A DNA stretch of 64,000 nt, from NCBI RefSeq assembly GCF_006345805.1, contig NC_043005.1, positions 79,918,001-79,982,000 of the forward strand, given 5' to 3'. Each line of letters begins with the position of its first letter. Position 1 is the stretch's first letter. Under the pieces are notes generated by a model. It made no database searches. It saw only the letters and a list, made by a program, of their open reading frames with translations, and was not told the origin of the DNA. This document shows, in pieces, positions 12,767 through 25,641 of the stretch. Position numbers and translations under genes: made by a program. This stretch comes from Octopus sinensis (lineage: Eukaryota).

Positions 12767-13178
12767 GTTTATGGGTTGGAAAAGCGATGATGGTGAGAAT
12801 ACGAAGTAAATATACCAGATTTTATCGATGATGCTTATGTCCTGTATTAATGCATACATACATGTGTTAATGTATATATTCGGACAATACGTATCTGACA
12901 TGGACATATGTTGTATATGCATATCTCTCTTAAGAGTTCAGAATATCGGACTTTGCCTTTTAAATGCATAGATATATACATACATGCATGCATTCATATA
13001 TAAATATAGTGTGTATGTATGTATGTATGTATGTTGTATGTATGTATGTATATATATGTGTGTAAAAATATATATATATATATATATATAAGATATATAC
13101 ACATATATATAAATACATACGCATTTATGTATATATGTATATATATTTATAGTTACATATATTGTATATATTTATATA

Positions 13179-13216
<38 letters not shown>

Positions 13217-13309
13217 TTATATGTATACACACATAAACCATGTATGTATATGTATAAATATATGCATATATATTTACATATAAATCGTATACATATACAT
13301 ATACAACCA

Positions 13310-13346
<37 letters not shown>

Positions 13347-14359
13347 GTGTGTGTGTGTGTGTGTGTATGTGTGTGTGTGTGTGTGCGTGTGTATGCATGT
13401 GTCTATGTAGGTGGTTATCTCTTCATGTGTGCGTAATGCTATAAGTCCAAACTCACACAGAGACACACACATAGAGTAAAAAAAAGAGATTGGATGTAGG
13501 AGGTGAGACAAAAGTGAGTGGCAAATATGGTGACGTGGAGATACACAGATAACAAATAGAAAGAAAGAACGAGAGAGAGTGAAAAACAATAAGGAAAGAG
13601 TGGTACAGAATACAATGCAATTTTATTAGATGTTTACTATAGGAGAAAAAAGAGAAGATAAGAGAAAGTGAAAGATAGAAGGTGAATGAACGACAGAGAG
13701 AGAGAGTGAGAGAGTGAGAGAGGCTGGGGAGTTACTTCATCCCTTGAAGTAGCTTTCTAAATTATAAATTGTGTATGTATCGTTGGATACAAATGAAATT
13801 GATACGAATTTTTGTATTAAGGGAAAAATAAAACTAAGTAAATAAACACAAGACGAATAGTTGGTCTTTGATTAGGAGAACAAGAGAGGTTCGAGTATGA
13901 AAGAGAGGCTGGTGAAAGCGCATCTTATGAAGGTTTATGCTTTGTGTTATGGAGACAGACGTCCAAGCTAGAAATATGTTTTACGTAAAATAATTAATTG
14001 TCGAACAGTTGAGCTAAGATAACACAAAAATTTCCAATTATAAAATAGATAGAAAGTTTGAAGGAGATAATAACCATTGCACAAGAATTATCCGGTTCAA
14101 TTCTGGTTTAAAGTAAGTTTCGAGTAGACATTAGAGCACTCAAAAGTTGCATTTATCATCGTATTTTTTTTTCATAGCAGATATCATAGTGTTCCTGTGT
14201 TCTTTGTATTCTTTTCACTTTCACTAAAACATTTGTTTTCTTGTTGAGATTAGAGATTGCGATTGGACTTGCTTTTAAAATTTTTTCTTCTAAATTTAAC
14301 AATGAAATGTTAATATCGGTTTCAAATTTTGGCACAATCCTGGGTATTTCGAGGAACGA

Positions 14360-15000
14360 GGTAAGACAATTACATTGACCCCAGTGCTCAACTGGAACAT
14401 ATTTCATCGACCCCGAAAGGATGAAAGGCAGAGTCGATGGAATCTAAACACAGAACGTATGTAGCCCCTTGTGGGTAGTAAAGAAATAGGTATTTCGTCT
14501 GCCGTTACGTTGTGAGTTCAAATTCCGCCGTGGTCTGCTTTGCCTTTTATCCTTTCGGAGTCGATAAATTAAGTACCAGTTACGCACTGGGGTCGATGTA
14601 ATCGACTTAATACGTTTGTCTGTCCTTGTTTGTCCTCTCTGTGCTTAGCCCCTTGTGAGTAGTAAAGAAATAGAAATAGGTATTCCGTCTGTCTTTACAT
14701 TCTGAGTTCAAATTCCGCTGAGGTCGACTTTGCTTTTCATCCTTTCGGGGTCGATAAATTGAGTACCATTTGCGTACTGGTGTCGATATAATCGACTGCC
14801 CCCTCTCCCAAAAGTTCGGGCCTTGTGCCTAGATTAGAAAAGAATAATTTAAAATTATGCCACAAGGTCAGAAAGGTTGATTGGAGGGAGCGAATCGATT
14901 GTCTGAACCTCAGCACTTGACTGGTACTTATTTTATCGATCTCAGGTGTATGAAGTGGGTAAGTCGATGTCGCTAGCATTTTAAGTCAGATAACGATCGT
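14360..15000. mobile_element. Cluster of family-A SINEs: (-)14360-14458, tandem (+)14461-14850, (-)14880-15000
   Basis: Body motifs TCGACCCCGAAAGGATGAAAGGC and GCCTTTCATCCTTTCGGGGTCGA appear in both orientations. Confidence 0.8.
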
Positions 15001-15112
15001 GATTTTTATATTAGAAGCAAATGCTCTAACATTTATATTTTTTAAGTTAGGCAAAGTAAAGGTACATAGTTGATTAGACACACCTCTAATTCTCGCTGCC
15101 TCATGATACATT

Positions 15113-15570
15113 GGGTCAGGTCAGGTGTTAGAGCATGTATGTGCAGTTGCAGCGCGTTGCTGCATTCGGCAATCGTCGGTATATTCCCGAGCCCTCCCGA
15201 ACGACTTCTCAATCAGAGTCCCAGTCAGTCCCCAACTCTACGAGTTGGGACCATGTGGTATGCGATTGACATGTGGTATGCGATTGACCATGTGGTATGC
15301 CATTGACCATGTGGTATGCGATTGACTAACATGAGCCGTCAGTCCAGCAAGATTCTCAGTGAAGAGAAGGCAGGCAGTAAGCAGGGGAAATTGAGCAACA
15401 TAGCCAAAGAGTTAGAAGTGGCTCTTCTGAATCTTGCAAGTAACAGTTCACATTCGAATTTCTGAACAGAGTTGTTGTTTGGATACGAAATCCGACCCCT
15501 GGTACCACAAGAGTTCAGACGGCTCCTAAGGTCCCAAGACAGTATCCAAGTCTCACAGCTATAAAGCAAG
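15113..15570 (-). mobile_element. RTE-like LINE 3' fragment
   Basis: Minus-strand peptide LYSCETW.LS.DL.SRLNS (cf. LLYGCETW.L...L..RL..F) and an HTTW motif (cf. GRP..TW). The 3' end is CACCTGACCTGACC, a short-repeat tail. Confidence 0.65.
15249..15326. repeat. 19-bp tandem repeat x4 (GACCATGTGGTATGCGATT) inside the RTE fragment
   Basis: Direct reading. One copy is 18 bp. Confidence 0.9.
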
Positions 15571-16059
15571 TCGGTAGAACCAATGACCTAAAGATATGTT
15601 GCTGATAAGTATTAAACATAAACTGATGTCAATTCCTTGAACACTCGGTGAAGTAAGAGAAAGAAAGAAAGAAAGAAAGAAGGAAGAAAAGAAAGAAAGA
15701 AAGAAAGAGAGAGAGAGGGGGGTAAGTATGAAGCTAAAAGAAATGTTGCTTGAATGGTATTTATTTAAACGCGTCTGTGGGAATGAAGGCAAAAACGGTT
15801 CCGGTTGAAATTTAAGTCAGAACAGAAAGAGGAAGACTTATTCCACTGATCAGTGTTCCTAAACAATGATTTGTCACATTGGTTCAAGAGCACAAATTTG
15901 TATGGAAAAGCGTAATTGTTTGGACTGGAATTGAACGTGGTAGGATGAATCAATAAATGGACCTCGATGAGGAACTGGAATCAAACTCTAAAGATGGTTT
16001 ACTAAATAATTTGACAGTTATGTTTGTGCAAGCTCATAAAGAATCCATTTAAAATTTCG

Positions 16060-17082
16060 GATTAATTTTAACCATTTTATAATTAATTTAGATTAGATTC
16101 ATCTCAGTCACTGTATGAATTCAAAAGGGACTCTTCAGCCTTGGAAGCGATCAGAAATATATTCATTCAGTCCGTAGAAATGAAGAATTAAATACTGGAC
16201 ATGCCAACTATTATTTGGCCAAATTCGCTCAGGAAATTTTCTCTGGTATGTTCTCCTCAGTCTGGACGACGGATTTCAGTTGATAATGAACTCCTGAAAA
16301 CTTCAGTTGAGGAAAATCCAAAACTGAAGGCACAAAAATTTGCAGAATATCTCAATTCAATTCCCAACTCGATCATAAAATACCCTCAGCTTAAACAAAG
16401 TGTGACTGATCGTCAATGAAGAATGGACATGATGCCAAACTTTCCTGGGTAGAAGAATCCTCACAAGTAATGAAATGTGGATTCTCTAAAATCACACCCA
16501 AAGAAAATGTCATTGGTTAGAACCCAATATAAAAGAAAACCCATGATTACACCTGGAATACCCATCGAAAAATGTTATGCTCTGTGTTTGGTGGAATATA
16601 AAGCATGTTGCCTTACATGAAGGTGTGTAACTAAAACGAAGAGGTATTCTTCTCAATTGGAAGCGTTGCAGAAAAATTGGCAGAAGTCATCGTGTTTTCT
16701 CAGTCGGAAAGGGACTTGCCGTTACCTGATCATCCAAAATCACATATTACCCAAGTTATTTAGCAAAAGATCATACCACTAAATTAGGAAGATTCTCCTA
16801 ATCGTCCTTACTGTCTTCATTTTGCTCCATCTAGTCTTGATCTTTTCAGATCATTGCAACGTTAACCATTAAGAAATTTATTAATTGTGGAGATGTTAAA
16901 AATTGTGAGTGATGTCTTGCTTCGAAACCTGAAGAATTTTTACACCAGAGAATTTAAAAGATTTGCTAAATAAATGGGATTATTTTCTTAAGTAATGATG
17001 GGAAATACTATCACTTAATATCAAAGCAGCATTTGTTTCTTCCACATTTTGAAATGCGAAAGGAATTTGTTTCCAACCTAAT
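16060..17082 (+). mobile_element. Decayed mariner transposon (transposase pseudogene)
   Basis: Peptides LYEFKR..SA.EAIRNI, SGRRISVDNELLKTSVEENPK and RPYCLHFAPSSLDLFRSLQ (cf. HPPYSPDLAPSDYHLFRSLQ). The right end GGAATTTGTTTCCAACCTAAT resembles a mariner TIR. Confidence 0.75.
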
Positions 17083-17824
17083 GTTTTTGAAAACATCGCT
17101 ACATGTGAGTGTGTGTATGTGTGTGTGCGTGTGTGTGTGTGAGTGTGTTTGTGTGTTTGTGCGTATGTGTGTGTGTGTGAGAGTGTGAGTGTGTGTGTGT
17201 GTGTCTGTGTGTGTGTGTACGTGAGCTAGATGAGAAATAATTGGTATGAAGTTAAGAGATATAATGATAATCTTTTTCTTGATTCACCATTGACACGATA
17301 ATTATATAGCTATGCAAGTGAAAAATTATTTTACTGCTTCAATAATTATATATTAAGCAGCTAAAGTGTATTAGAAAAATTTAATCTGTGACTAAATATT
17401 GTTCGGTGTTAAGTTAAGTTTTCTTCCTGTTTTCTGTTACTCTACCGAAATGGATAATAGCATTGATAATTTGAGAAGTAATTTTATCGGAAATCTTGCG
17501 TGTACATTGAGACATTGTATTAGGCAATCAACTACAGATCGTAGATAATGCTTCAATATGATGAAATTAATTAGAATTTCCATGAAAAGCCAAATAAGGC
17601 TTCCGATTGTATTATCAGAACAGTGCCTTCACTTTTCATATTTGCTATTTGCAATATATGAAACCGTTTAATTTCATGCGTTTGGCATATAATAAAAACA
17701 ATGTGTTGTCGAAGAAGAAAATCTTTAACGATAGAATATTTCGGAAAATACCAATAACATTTGGCTTCCGATATTGACAATGGAAAAAATGCGACGATAT
17801 AAAACATGGCTTTGCTCAGATAAA

Positions 17825-18275
17825 GTATGTGTGTGTGCGTGTGTGTGTCTGTGTGTGTGCGTGTGTGTGTGTGTGTCTGTGTGTGCTTGTGCATGTGTAA
17901 GGTTGCGTGTGCCTGTGTATGTGCATGTGAGCGTAAAATACGTATGTGTGTGTGTGTGTCTGTGTGTGTGCGTGTGTGTGTGTCTGTGTGTGCGTGCATG
18001 TGTAAGGTTGCGTGTGCCTGTGTATGTGCATGTGAGCGTAAAATACGTATGTGTGTGTGTGTGTCTGTGTGTGTGCGTGTGTGTGTGTGTGTCTGTGTGT
18101 GCGTGCATGTGTAAGGTTGCGTGTGCCTGTGTATGTGCATGTGAGCGTAAAATACGTATGTGTGTGTGTGTGTCTGTGTGTGCGTGTGTGTGTGTGTGTG
18201 TGTCTGTGTGTGCGTGCATGTGTAAGGTTGCGTGTGCCTGTGTATGTGCATGTGAGCGTAAAATACGTATGTGTA
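17825..18275. repeat. Higher-order minisatellite: 4 units of 105-111 bp with an invariant core and variable (GT)n linkers
   Basis: The core GCATGTGTAAGGTTGCGTGTGCCTGTGTATGTGCATGTGAGCGTAAAATACGTATG recurs, with TAAGG at 17898, 18003, 18112 and 18223. Confidence 0.9.
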
Positions 18276-18952
18276 TGTTTATTGTGTATATACACGTGTG
18301 TATACACAAGTGTATGTAAATATATAGAGATGTATGTGTATATGTATATATATATATATGTGTGTGTGTGTGTATGTGTGTGTGTGTATACAAATATATG
18401 TATATATATATTCATATATATATATGTGTGTTTAATATGTATGTATGTAAACATACATACATACATACATACATACATACATACATACATACATACATAC
18501 ATACATACATACATACATACATACATACATACATGATACGTATCCATTTTCGTCATTTGTATACATTTCCTTCTATCGCAGTGCATATGTTCTTATATTC
18601 CCCGGGTGAAACAAATAAAGCACACGCCGCCCACTTTCAATCTTCTATTTCGGTTCAAGAATATAACAAATGAATACATAAATAAATAACCAGATAAGCA
18701 AAGAATTAGAATCATTTTATTCCTCTACTAATTTTCGAATCGTACTTGTAGTTATAAAAATGTTCGTTCTTGAAATGGATTTCGTAAAATTATGACATTG
18801 GTTACAGCTGTGATTCTCAAGTTTTCTTTAATTATGGACCATTCTGGTTCTTGTTTTGTTCGTCTGGAGCCTCATAGCCATTCGCTGTTTCAAACAAAAA
18901 AAAAAAAATTCTTGTCGTATTTCTATATATAAATGTTATGAAGAATTGTATT

Positions 18953-19126
18953 AAAACAATTGCTGCGTGGAAGGTGTTTATAAACCATTTAAGAAAAAAC
19001 ACAAAAACCGTTCGATTCACTTCAACATTTAAATGTTTTAAACGGTTTTAAATATTGAAGTGAATCTAACGGTTTTTGCGTATTTCTTAAATGATTTATA
19101 AGCACCTTCCACGCTGCAATTGTTTT
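18953..19126. repeat. Fold-back inverted repeat (arms about 80 bp, 13-nt spacer), probably a PLE terminus
   Basis: AAAACAATTGCTGCGTGGAAGGTG...CATTTAAA / TTTAAATATTGAAGTG...CACCTTCCACGCTGCAATTGTTTT, with several substitutions between arms. The PLE assignment is by analogy only. Confidence 0.8.
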
Positions 19127-19614
19127 CATTCTAGCACACGATCTCAGATCAAGTCACTCGCTAAAGAAGTGCATCTCCGTAATGTATTAAAATATTTTTT
19201 TCTTAATATTTTGTGTATGCGAGAAGAAAACCAATATATTACACATAAATTTTAAATAATAATCCCATAGAGACCCTGGGTCCATATCCGGAAGGCGCCG
19301 AAAGACCTCTGGATGATCTCAGAGAATAATTGAAATTCTAGATGGAAACCAGAATAATTTAGATTAACTCCGAATCTGCGAGGTTCCTCTTTTGTCCTAG
19401 ATAGTTTTTTCTTTTGTATACTTATATGTTATATGCCTGTTTTTCTTTGATAATCAAGTGATATACGTTCTTACCAGAAGATAGTGAATCCTCCATTCAA
19501 GAGGCACCCGAATCCTTCTCCAAGAGGCATCCGAACAAGTTCATGAAGTCTTGACCAATGAGGAAGAGTTTGTCTTTAATCCTTTAAATCTTTTTATTAT
19601 AGAATTATTTTGAC

Positions 19615-19655
19615 ACTAGCATTATCACCCGGCAACGCCGGGTCATAGTGTTAGT
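19615..19655. mobile_element. Helitron/Helentron-like terminal hairpin (41 bp)
   Basis: ACTAGCATTAT-C-ACCCGGC-AAC-GCCGGGT-C-ATAGTGTTAGT is a GC-rich stem about 11 nt upstream of a (C/T)TAG-T end. Confidence 0.45.
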
Positions 19656-20269
19656 GCATGCATATACAGCTGCGTGCGTGCGCACATACACGCGAGTACT
19701 GTCGAAATCTCCGACTAATCACATACAGCTAGCTGGCATTCAATTGGCGTATCAAGTTTCGGGCATTTTGATTGGGTTTTGGATAGAAAATTCACAAAAA
19801 TGTCACTGTTATTGATTTTATAATGACGTTTGAATGACCATAGAAAGTGCGAGCCCTGTAATTGAAAAATTGTGGATTTATATAAAGGACACACACACAC
19901 ACACACAGACATTTTGCCATTTATATAGAGAGATGACAATGAGAAACTGTTTGCTTTTCGCAGCCAAGGGAATACAACAATGAGATAACCTTCATCATGT
20001 GCTGCACCCAAAAAGCTGCGCCAAATCGTTTCATTCTGAGTTTTACATCCCCATCTTAGCTCATTTCTTGTTTCCTTTTTTTTTTTCAATTTTCCTCAAA
20101 ATTTTCTGACCCTCGTTCAATCCTCAGCTTTTCACCATTGTCACATAACGATGAAATGGTACTACTGGGAGACGATTTTCCGTTTCATGGTCTGGCACTA
20201 ATAAAAGGGCCTTTTCTCTTTGGTCATTTGCTGAAGTGCGACCAATGATCATCGAGAAAGAGCGATATC

Positions 20270-20501
20270 TATTTCTTTACTACCCACAAGGGGCCAAACA
20301 CAGAGGGGACAAACACGGACAGACATAGGTATTAAGTCGATTACATCGACCCCAGTGCGTAACTGGTACTTAATTTATCGACCCCGAAAGGATGAAAGGC
20401 AAAGTCGACCTCGGCGGAATTTGAACTCAGAACGTAACTGCAGACGAAATACGGCTACGCATTACGCCCGGCGTGCTAACGTTTCAGCCAGCTCGCCGCC
20501 T
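20270..20501 (-). mobile_element. Family-A SINE, full length, low divergence
   Basis: Nearly the same sequence as 1-230 and 47369-47600. Confidence 0.9.
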
Positions 20502-20910
20502 TAAGAGCAATATCTGTTACCTTTTGTTGATGTTGCTACTTCATATTTCCATATCTGTTTCACAACATTTCCTACAAAATAAACCTTAAATAGCCCCTTG
20601 TAGCCATGCATATAGCAGTCCGGCCTTCTACCCCGTAACACCAGTCACCTGTTACTTCTTTACGCATCCTAAACGAAGTATAGTTCCAAAGCATCTTTCG
20701 TTGGTCTTCACATTCTCGTGTCTGCCTCACTTTATTTACCAACAGAGTCTGTTCACTCAGTACAGAATGTTACAAAGTTGTCACAAGACATGTGATCCTG
20801 TGAATACAGTGATTCAAAACAGCTATACAATAGATTTACGTACATTTATTTGAACTGACAAAGACAGACAAACTGCACAAACGAATTACATATATATTAC
20901 ACACATATGT

Positions 20911-21490
20911 AAGGTGGTGAGCCGGGCGAAATGCTTAGCGGTATTTCGTCTGCCGTTACGTTGTGAGTTCAAATTCCGTCGAGGTTGACTTTGCCTTTCA
21001 TCCTTTCGGGGTCGAGAAATTAAGTACCAGTTGCGCACTGGGATCGATGTAATCGACTTAATACCTATGTCTGTCCTTGTTTGTCCCCTCTAAGTTTAGC
21101 CCCTCTAAGTTTAGTCCCCTCTAAGTTCTGAGTTCAAATTCCACCGAGGTTGACTTTGCCTTTCATCCTTTCGGGGTCGAGAAATTAAGTACCAGTTCCA
21201 CACTGGGGTCGATGTAATCGACTTAATCCGTTTGTCTCTTCTTGTTTGTTCCCTGTATGTTTAGACTCTTGTGAGCAATAAAGAAATATGAAACGTTTGC
21301 ATGCCGGGCGAAATGCTTAGCGTTATTTCGTCTGTCTTTATGTTCTGAGTTCAACTTCCGCCGAGGTTGACTTTGCCTTTCATCCTTCCGGAGTCGATAA
21401 ATTTAATACCAGTTGCGTACTGGGGTCGATCTAATCGACTGGCCCCCTCCCCCAAAATTTTGGGCCTTGTGTCTAGAGTGTAGAAAAGTA
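20911..21490 (+). mobile_element. Tandem array of three family-A SINE units
   Basis: Three successive bodies. The 21090-21125 junction carries a triplicated CCCCTCTAAGTT motif. Confidence 0.85.
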
Positions 21491-21892
21491 TATTAGATAC
21501 GTATATTCATTTATAGATATAAATAAATGCTTCTGAATAAGGGAAATACATCCACACAGAGGTAAAAAAAAAAGGTGACAACTGGATTTGTTCAGGTACG
21601 CACGACTCGAATTAACATTCGATCCTGAAGCTGAAACCTAAGTTTCTTTAAAGAGCAAGTGAGCTCGAATCTTGTCTTATATTCTGCGAAGATCACATGT
21701 AGTTTCCTATAGAAAATTTTATTTTTTTATTGCCTCCATAAAATCTGAAATTATCTTCCCACTACCACCACCACGATCACTACCACATATTCAATCAAAA
21801 TATCGTCTCTCTTATACTCTTTCTTATGAAATTTGTCAGCTCTTTGTATACGATTTTAAGACTTCAAATTACGTGCTGTTGTATGGAGAAAT

Positions 21893-22315
21893 AGGTGCTG
21901 AAGTGGCTGTGTGGAAAGTAGCTTGCTTACCAACCACATGGTTCTGGGTTCAGTCCCAGTACGTGGCACCTTGGGCAAGTGTCTTCTTCTATAACCTCGA
22001 GCCGACCAAAGCCTTGTGAGTGGAGTTGGTAGACGGAAACGTAAAGAATCCCGTCGTATATATGTATATATACATATGTATATGTTTGCGAGTGTGTTTG
22101 TGTATCTGTGTTTGTCCCCCCAACATCGCTTGACAACCGATGCTGGTGTGTTTACGTCCCTGTAAATTAGCGGTTCGACAAAAGAAAACGATAGAATAAG
22201 TACTAGGCTTATAAGGAATAAGTTCTGGGGTTGATTTGCTTGACTAAAGGCGGTGCTCCAGCATGGCCACAATCAAATGACTGAAACAAGTAAAAGAGAG
22301 TAAAAAGAGAGTAAA
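21893..22315 (+). mobile_element. Family-B SINE, full length
   Basis: Head GGCTGTGTGG...GGTTCAGTCCCA, CORE-like CCTTGGGCAAGTG, internal microsatellite and (AAAAGAG)n tail. Confidence 0.85.
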
Positions 22316-22979
22316 TGGGAATTTTCCGGTACATATCTTTTTTCTTTGATTTTGGGTTAACTCTTTCGATTCTGTATATTTTCCCTCTTTCATTTGAAGT
22401 CCAAGACGGTTTCCTGTTCCTCTTCAGCCTCCATTCTATCTCAGCACCATAAGTCGATGGGGGCGCCACTAGTCTGGAAAAGTTTCTCTGTCTTCTTGTA
22501 TAGCTTATTCTCAGTTATTATCACTGCCATCTCAGAGATTTAGTATCCCTTATGTGAAACCTTAATTCATTCTGGAAGAAATTGCTCAATCAGGGACGAG
22601 TTATATAGAAAAGCATGTTTTATAACTGAGAACTGGAAAGTTCCTCAATTTTTGTAACATCAATCCATTCTTAGATGATAAGATACTCCCTGGAGCAAAA
22701 CAGTTCGAAACTTAGAAATTGAAAAACTACACATCTCAAATAACTGCGAGTGTTGCAAATTGCAGTACACGTATATGAAGATAAAAGCACAGAAGTCTGG
22801 GATTTTCGGATAAATTAAAAGATCAAACTATCCTGCTTTTAAACTTTCTTGAACATACTTTCGAAGTAGATTCTGTACGCAAGCAATCTTTCATACTACT
22901 TTCATTTATCTCCTGAACTTTTAAGAATCAAAGTTTTTTTTAAAATCTAGTCTTTGGTTCATTTCTTTTAGCAAATAAT

Positions 22980-23170
22980 TCTGTAATAGGCTGTATATTT
23001 TAGATGCTCACACGTCTCAAAACTTCATGCATCTTCTTAGAATCGGGTGTCAAATACCGATTATGGTTTTAAGAATAATTAATATTCCGTGGTTTTAGAC
23101 ACTCCCAGGCATTTTCCACCGAGATCCATCGAAAGCTTTCGTATCCATTATCTTGCAGCACGAGAATTAG
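22980..23170 (-). mobile_element. Tc1-like transposase C-terminal remnant with internal deletion
   Basis: The minus strand gives VLQDN, then SVENAWECL (cf. PIEN.W..L), then LRRC. Confidence 0.4.
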
Positions 23171-23189
23171 AATATTCCTAATTATCTTT

Positions 23190-23497
23190 ATTTATTTATT
23201 CTTGCGCCCTTATCAAGCCTAGCCAAGCTCATGGGCTCGGTTTCCTAGTTTCTGTGGCGTATGTGTTCTCCTCAGCTGGTTGGGACGCTAGTCCATCGCA
23301 GCGTTACTCAAGAAACAGGAAGAAATAGTGAAAGAAAGTTGTGGCGAAAGAGTACAACAGGGGTCATCACCCCCTGCCGGAACATCGTGGAGCTTTAGGT
23401 GATTTCACTCAATAAACACACGCAACGCCCGGTCGGGGAATCGAAACTGCGAGTCTCCGACCGCGAGTCCGCTGCCCTAACCACTGGGCCATTGCGC
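23190..23497 (-). mobile_element. Family-C tRNA-derived SINE (tail type 1)
   Basis: Head GCGCAATGGCCCAGTGGTTAGGGCAGCGGACTCGCGGTC...GTTTCGATTCCC, body CTAAAGCTCCACGA..., tail GAGTAACGCTGCGATGGACTAGCGTCCC. Confidence 0.8.
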
Positions 23498-24100
23498 TTT
23501 CTTTAATAAATGGTTAAGAAAGCATCTCTATCCCAGTAAACAAATAATTAGACAGCAAACGGAATATATGTATGACCAAATACAGTTAGATGATCTTCGG
23601 CTTTAGAATGAATACATAAGGAGTATTTTGATCAGAAATACGCCTTCACATATTTGATAGTGAAGTTACTTTAGCGTCCGTAAAAATGTTAATGTAATAT
23701 TCACAACTTTTCTCGTCGGGTAATTTATGGAAAAGTCCCCGCAGTTAATTTTCTGTTTCTATTTTTACTTACTGTGGGAATGGGGCTTCCTTGTTTTATT
23801 TATTTATTTATTTATTTATTTATTGTAGTACCTCCATGAGTTTCTATTATTTATATTCTTCGACGTTTCACGATTTCAGTCATGTGCAGCATAATCCCTT
23901 CTCTTAATCCTTTACATCAAGACATACAGTTTTGTAAGAATGGTGCGTTTTAGACTATACCAAATTGCAGCTTGAAGTCGATAAAACACAGATTTCGCCA
24001 ATTAAGAATAGAATGAACGTTCGAGAGAAAAAAATAAATAAAAAATAAAATATTGACTCAGGCAACAGTCATGTCTTCTACATATTCTCGATCAAATCTC

Positions 24101-24322
24101 TACGATGGGTTGCCGAAAAGTTCTTGGCTTTAAGGGTATTACGAAAGACCTGGTTGGAAGGCCTAAACTTCCGAGTTCTTTTACAGAGCTTAGAAAAGCT
24201 GAAGGACCGTAGCAATAAGTATGTGAATCTTAGAGAGGAATATGCTGAATAAAGTCATAATTAACTGATCTACCTGTATTTTCTTTGACCCAAAGTCAGG
24301 GACGTTTCAGCACCCGCTTGTA
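24101..24322. mobile_element. Mariner-derived MITE
   Basis: Imperfect TIRs TACGATGGGTTGCCGAAAAGTTCTTGGCTTT / AAAGTCAGGGACGTTTCAGCACCCGCTTGTA with TA ends. The interior resembles the mariner C-terminus (..G.Y.E*). Confidence 0.55.
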
Positions 24323-24540
24323 TGTTGTTCGAATCCGCTTTACAAAACCCTGAATAAACTCATTTTCGTTATTTATGGCCAACATTTTTCAGTGGTCTAC
24401 TCCTTTAGCATCTCGTATTATTTCCGACTGTATTATCAGTTCCGCGATTACTACTTTTGTTGGTGTCATGTTCTAGTTCCCTATTACTGATGATCATGTG
24501 GCCGTTCTTGTTATCGCCATCTTTTCTGGTTGTAGCAATT

Positions 24541-25641
24541 TACCGTACATACTCGTGTAAAAGTCGAATTTTTAGACCATGTCTTAAGGTCAAATTTATG
24601 GGTTCGACTATTACATGGATACTACTTTTGAGGGGTTGAAATTCAAGCTAGAATCCGAAGTACTGTATCAGCAACAGAAGCCCGACTGATCTCTAAGCAA
24701 ATAAAAAGAAAATCCCAATGAGTTACAGTGCGTCCTAATAAATAAGAAAACTCATAAACAAGACTGCGTAGCTCTCATGTGCAGTTACCAATAAATGTCC
24801 ATAATGTGGTGTAGAGTTGTTAATCTGGAACAGGGATTTCTAAAATGTGTTCTACAAGACCCCAGAGTTCCCTGAAAGTTATCAAGGGTTCCACGTTTTT
24901 AAAAATAATGTCGAAGAATTCCGCGACAAAAGAAGTTTGGGAACTACTGATTTAGTGATTAACTAAATGTTTTTAGGATTACCGAAGTGTTGCCTCTGTA
25001 CGAATTCTTACAGTTGCATTTGTTGTTGTTCCCTGATAGTATAGTCTGAGACAAGTTTCTCCCCAAGTTAACACACAAGAATATGACTCATGCATTTATT
25101 GTATTTGGAGATGAAGAAAATATATAGGTCGTATGGGAACCACAGATCTAGTGATTAATAGAATGTTTTTAGCCTTATCAAAGTCATACCTTTGTACGAA
25201 TTCAGTCAGTGGTGTTTAGCAGTCTTCGCCAATAGTGCTGTCTCTGAAACACGTTTCTCATCATGTAAACAAGTGTATGGTGCTTGTGTTTATTGTGCTT
25301 CAAGATGTGTGTAGGCTTGCAGCATATTCTGCGCATACATTTTAGTAATGGTGATCTAGCAGCCATCAACAGATGTGTAGTGCTCGCTATTAAATGGTGT
25401 TTTACTATAAGCACCAAGCATTCCACGTATAGAGCAAGCTACAGTAAGGTAGCCGCGCAATTTTGTAACAGTTCTATTTCTAGGTACAGGATAATACGGT
25501 ACCTTGGCCCACAAATGTCCTATTATTCGTGAAATACTAGGGTCGTCTTTTATACGGGTCTATGGAAAATACCTAATTTTTGACCAAAAGTAGGGAGTTG
25601 TCTTTTACATGAAATCAATTATTACTCAAGTATATACCGTA
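24541..25641. mobile_element. Possible pogo/Tc-like non-autonomous element with nested fragments
   Basis: The left end TACCGTACATACTCGTGTAAAAGTCGA and the right end TCAATTATTACTCAAGTATATACCGTA are imperfect inverted repeats. Confidence 0.4.

Noticed and set aside
17571-18586. Overlapping 220-256-aa ORFs with repeated motifs
   Set aside because: They arise from the non-coding GT-rich minisatellite, and the unit lengths (105/109/111) do not preserve frame.
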